From NCBI GenBank assembly GCA_002269645.1, contig NIVC01003191.1, positions 49,173-113,172 of the forward strand: a DNA stretch of 64,000 nucleotides. Reading direction: 5' to 3'. Positions 59,349-64,000 of the stretch are shown piece after piece. This DNA comes from Macrostomum lignano. Lineage: Eukaryota. The translations under genes and the position numbers were made by a program. The first letter of the stretch is position 1. The number at the start of each line of letters is the position of its first letter. The notes beneath the pieces are model-generated. The model had not been told where the DNA came from. It made no database searches and saw only the letters and a program-made list of their open reading frames with translations.

Positions 59349-59890
59349 TTAAGCTGGAACTGAGTCTATTAACTGTGCAGCAAGGCTACAGTGCGGTCTT
59401 GTGCACGCAGTAATTAGGAAAGAGGCTGCATCTGCATGTGTCAAAGAGGTGACATGACGAGTAGTTGGAGCCTCATTCAGCCAGGGAGTGGTATAGCCAA
59501 CCACATAAACAGCAGCGTTCCAAAACAGTTCCAATGATACAGAACCCAAATGTTGCGCCCCTGGGACCAAAATCTTGCTATGATACAAAAATCCCGTTAC
59601 CCTGACACCGAAATCGCGTGACTCTGACACTAATATCTCATGACTCTGACACCGTTTCTGACACAGTACGTACTGACACCGTACGTACAAGCCTCAAGTT
59701 TTATTGAAAACAGATTGCTTTATTTATACATTTTGTTTCTTTTAAACTAAGTGTGCAATACGCTTCTTACAAAATTCAAAATTCAAAGAAAAATAAGCAC
59801 GTAAGTCGCGCAGCACTCTACTTAATAAAGTTCTACATAGTAGTATACTTAGAAAGTTATAATCATAAGCTTTTTGAAACAATAATAATA

Positions 59891-59937
<47 letters not shown>

Positions 59938-60494
59938 TGATTACACCTGCCCCAATTGGCAGATGTGCAACCGACAGCTCAGCCGCAGATATTGCGCGGT
60001 GTATCTGACGGCTGCGTACGGCTGTTCAGTCCAAAGATTGGGGGTCGCCACACACACCCTCAATTTCCCCAGCTAATGCTGGCACCCGTTTAAAAGCTGG
60101 GTGAACTGAAGCAATGCAGAGTTAAGTGTCTTGCTCAAGGACACAAATTGTTCCAGTGGGATCGAGAATCGAACCCCCGACCTTCCAATCGTGAGTTTGA
60201 CACTCTAACCACTAGGCTACAACCCCCTTCTAGGCTACAACCCCCTTTCGAAACAACCCTCTAGAATACCCTTTCTTCCTTTTTGAAACATGTAGAGTGA
60301 GTATACGAAACAAGCAAAGTTTCATACTCGTAGCTAATGGAAGGATCTTACGCAGATCTTCGTATTTATTTACCGCACACTTTAAGACAAGAATCCCATC
60401 GAAAATCGTTAAATACGCTCGTAAGCGCTCTTTGGTTGAAGTTGAAGCGGCCTTGATAATGACATCTGACTGTCGGTTGCTCCTCTAGAAACAT
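59349..60494 (-). CDS. Candidate partial gene, possibly divergent C-type-lectin-like; 5' end unresolved
   Basis: Exon 60494-60374 (ctgcag|ATG..TGC G|gtaaat, phase 1) joins exon 59560-59349 (ttttggtcccag|GG, ends TAA): MFLEEQPTVRCHYQGRFNFNQRALTSVFNDFRWDSCLKVCGAQHLGSVSLELFWNAAVYVVGYTTPWLNEA... The intervening intron holds a SINE. Confidence 0.4.
59880..60227 (-). mobile_element. tRNA-derived CORE-type SINE, family A, apparently full length with (ATT)n tail
   Basis: The reverse complement matches 45892-46072 (A/B boxes, CORE-like block), continues through a unique 3' segment and ends in an (ATT)n run at 59880-59937. Confidence 0.82.
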
Positions 60495-61806
60495 CTGCAG
60501 CTCCAAGCCAGTCAAGAAAAACTAACTAAGCATAATAATAGACTAAGGATTCAAGTTCTCATAATTCTGCCTTAGTACGCGTCCTCACGCCACTTCATTT
60601 GAAAAAAAACTGCATGGGGATTGGGGATGCTGCAGTGTGATGAGGATGGTGCGCAGGACTGAAGAGAAAAATTCATCAGATGTTCACCAGACCAGATCTT
60701 CCCAATCCCCCCCCTGAATCTCTGAAACTTGAAATCTCTGAACCTGAAATTCTCTTCCCCTTGCATCGGTCAGACAGAGCGAGAATGACTCACTCTCAGC
60801 TGAGGGCAACCGTACATCATGTGACAGGGAGTTCTGTAAATAGAATCTGGAGTGGATGGATTCAAACTGAGATTTTCGCAGGGACAATAGGCCCCTCGCT
60901 AACCCCTTCTTGACCTTACACCGGATCCGCCGCTGACAACGACCAGGATTTCCCCGGGGGGGGGGTATGACCCCCACGGCCTAGTTTTCTAGGGTGGAGG
61001 TCAGCCGACCCCTTGACCCCCTGAACCCGCTAAGGTGAATTTGCAGAATTACAATTTCAATTTTTAGGACGGTCCTTCAACTTCTCTTCGCGCATCTAAT
61101 GCTGTTCTCAGTAATGAGCTCTCAGAGAGTTATCAAATTTATTTCAATTGTTAAGAAATTATTAACTTTAAAACGATAACTTCACTTGCCTTATCTTATC
61201 TTCTAGCTTCGTATATAATAAAAGCTCTGAGAATCCTAATCCGTGCGTGCTCTATAGTCTAGACTTCTAACTTTAGGCATCCATGAGGTTTGTAGGACTG
61301 CGGAGTGCGGAGAAGATCTTGGAGGGAGAATGGGGGGTGGGGGCCCTGACCCCCTTTGGGGAGCATTCTGCAAAGGGCGGCGCCCGAGGGCGGAGAGAGA
61401 AATCAGCCGGGTATGGGGGTTGGGCGATAGCCTACCCACCCCACCTCCTCCGCAATTTAGATTCCAGAGAGCGCCAGTGCCCCACCACCCACACCCACCT
61501 CCCCATCCCTGCCACACGCCCCCGCCCTCCCCCGCCCGCCCTTAAGGCTCTGACCACGGCCAAAACACGCCACCCCGTCTTACCCCACGCCACGCCACGC
61601 CACGCCACCTCTCCATCGTCCTTAAGTTCGCGCACCCCGGGGCCCATGCACACCATCCCTCAAGCGCGACTCCATATGAATATGAACTCCATAAGCCAGA
61701 CAGTTAGGTTCACGCGCACGATAACGATTCTCTAAGGCGACGCCTAAAAAGTCTTAGTCGTCGTTGTACGAGCTTATTGTTAAGAATCGGCTCGGTGTTC
61801 AAAATC

Positions 61807-63653
61807 ATGTCACAAAGAGTCTATTATTATTATTTATTTCTGCAGATTCTTCTACTACTATTGCTTGAAGAGCTTCTAGTAGTGGCAGAAGAGTTTAAAT
61901 CAAAGCCTACTTCTGCTCCACTGTCTGCCACTACTACGAAACATATCGAGTACGCCAGTGAGGTCAAGGACTCGTTTTTGATTCATCCTGGCACGAGATG
62001 GTGTGGAGTTGGTAAGTACTATGTTTCAAGTTCCTAATATTAATCTCTCTCCAGATTCCCATCTCCCTTGACCTTTAGATCCTCAGTCTCCACTCAGCTC
62101 ACCAATCCCTTTTAGATCCACAATCTACCACTCAGATCCCCAATCTCCTTCGCAGATCCCTAATCTCCCAGATCCCCAGTCTCCCTTTAGATCAACAATC
62201 TCCCCTTAGATAAATAATTACCCTCTTCTTAGATCCCCAATCTCCTTCCCAGATTCTCAATCTCCTTCCCAGATCCTTAATATCCCTCCCTGATCCACAA
62301 TATCCCACTCAGATCTACAATATCCCACTCAGATCCACAATATCCCACTCAGATCTACAATATCCACTCAGATCCACAATATCCCACGACCCACTCAGAT
62401 CTACATATCCCACTCAGATCCACAATATCCCACTCAGATTCACAATATCCCACTCAGATCCACAATATCCCACTCAGATCCACAATATCCCACTCAGATC
62501 CACAGTATCCCACTCAGATCCACAATATCCCACTCAGATCAACAATTACCCTCTTTTTAGACCCTTCTTAGAATCTTAGTCTCCCTTTATTAGATCCACA
62601 TCTCCCACTCATTCAATCTGCCAATTTCCCTCCCGTATGGGTATAAAAAGGCCTCGAACCCCCGTCAAATCCAGGCACCCTAGCCATGAACTACACAATC
62701 CTGGGCACCGCCTACGAATCGACATGTGCTGTCGGGAGCACGACCACTGCGACCGAGTTATCCGAGCCAAACGAACCAAGTACCACATGAAGAGCATTTT
62801 TCATTTCACTATATCGCACTGCGAATGCGATGTTAAGTGAGTGCCCGCCTTCGCCTTGGCTAATTGTCATGATGTACTTGTCATTTTGTTCTTTCTTTTG
62901 CCTCTAAGTGACAAACTCAAGCCATAAGTGACACAAACTCATGCACCAAAGTGACACAAACTCAAGCCCAAAGTGACACAAACTCAAGCCCAAAGTGACA
63001 CAAACTCAAGCCCAAAGTGACACAAACTCAAGCCCCAAAGTGACACAAACTCAAGCCCCAAAGTGACACAAACTCAAGCCCAAAGTGACACAAACTCAAG
63101 CCCCAAAGTGACACAAACTCAAGCCCCAAAGTGACACAAACTCAAGCCCCAAAGTGACACAAACTCAAGCCCCAAAGTGACACAAACTCAAGCCCCAAAG
63201 TGATACAAACTCAAGCCCCAGAGTGAAACAAATTTAAGCCCCAAAGTGACACAAACTCAAGCCCCAAAGTGATACAAACTCAAGCCCCAGAGTGAAACAA
63301 ATTTAAGCCCCAAAGTGACACAAACTCGAGCTCCAGAGTGGCGCACCAATAATTTAATCGAACTTTCCAATCCAATCAAACAATGCCAGGTTTTATCGCT
63401 GCCTAAAGAACGCCCACGACAGTCAAGGTGCTTCGGTTATCGAATGGTTTTTCCGCCTAATCCGGGTGCCCTGCTTTGATCTGGTGCCAAGCGGGTGTGC
63501 CTGGAGTCCAAGCGGGTGTCCATGTTCTCCAGCGAAATGCGCTGCATTCGCTACGGCACGGAGGACGCTGCCGTTCTGAGGCGGCTGCCGTACTTCACTG
63601 ACGAATTGGATCGAATGAGACGTGAACAGAGTGGCTTACACTGGTACAAATGA
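61807..63653 (+). CDS. Group III (bee-venom-type) secreted phospholipase A2; frame broken twice (assembly error or young pseudogene)
   Basis: Exons 61807-62011, 62675-62836, 63390-63653. Signal peptide, IHPGTRWCGVG Ca2+ loop, DMCCREHDHC catalytic His-Asp, SHCECD, FYRCLK. One base is missing at ~62718 (GAA TC GAC) and one at ~63488 (GTG CC AAG) relative to the family-consistent frame. Confidence 0.85.
62040..62600. repeat. Degenerate 20-bp minisatellite in PLA2 intron 1
   Basis: Core unit AGATCCACAATATCCCACTC. Confidence 0.9.
62925..63340. repeat. 21-22-bp minisatellite in PLA2 intron 2
   Basis: Unit AAGTGACACAAACTCAAGCCC(C). Confidence 0.93.
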
Positions 63654-63755
63654 TCTCCATGATGAACGACTATCTTCTTGAACAACTATTGACGTTACCG
63701 AAGATAGTATTTTAAATGAATTTTGTCGTGGAATACATGTTTATTACAGTCCATA

Positions 63756-64000
63756 GGGGCTGTGTGCACCCTGGCGCACTTTAAGCGACATTGTCACACA
63801 ACCGGCGAGAGGCATTACTGCCCATTCCGCCGACTCCCCTGAGCAGGCATACAAGCGCGCGGATACGTACGCAGTCATACGCAGAGGCACACACTCACAC
63901 AGGAGTGCATAGCGGCCCTAACTTTATTTATCGTTAGGCATGTACACTTCACTGTGCCTTGGGGGTTAATTGCATGAGCAGAGCCAAGCCGAGATTCCAA
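63756..64000 (-). mobile_element. SINE family B, copy 2 (head lies beyond the window end)
   Basis: Near-identical to 21095-~21340 with small indels. Confidence 0.78.

Noticed and set aside
61236-61735. Overlapping Pro/Gly-rich ORFs
   Set aside because: Low-complexity G/C-rich region upstream of PLA2, open in several frames; more likely promoter or degenerate element DNA.

Overview
Eukaryotic, invertebrate-type genomic DNA, not prokaryotic: spliced genes with GT-AG introns, many filled by intron-specific minisatellites, plus tRNA-derived SINEs and MITEs. Gene content and repeat landscape would fit a free-living flatworm such as Macrostomum (inference only). Gene models were built by hand from splice signals and reading-frame phase. 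(1) A ~29 kb, ~24-26 exon EF-hand/WD40 gene (WDR49/CFAP337-like, +, 3488-~32900) hosts two antisense nested two-exon genes that encode small single-pass membrane proteins; one carries a PP1-docking RVxF motif. (2) A type I membrane protein with tandem Cys-rich modules and a TRAF-type PVQDS motif (TNFR-like, -). (3) An orphan GPI-anchor-type protein (+). (4) A nicotinic ACh receptor alpha subunit with non-canonical pore and ligand-site residues (-). (5) A FAXC/metaxin-like GST-fold gene (+). (6) A cytosolic sulfotransferase (-). (7) A small secreted Cys-rich protein resembling a TNFR ectodomain module (-). (8) A beta1-like nAChR subunit with a GC-AG intron (-). (9) A candidate divergent lectin-like gene (-). 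(10) A group III secreted phospholipase A2 broken by two 1-nt deletions (+). Most long ORFs in the supplied track are artefacts of tandem repeats. No CRISPR arrays, rRNA genes or genuine tRNA genes were found.
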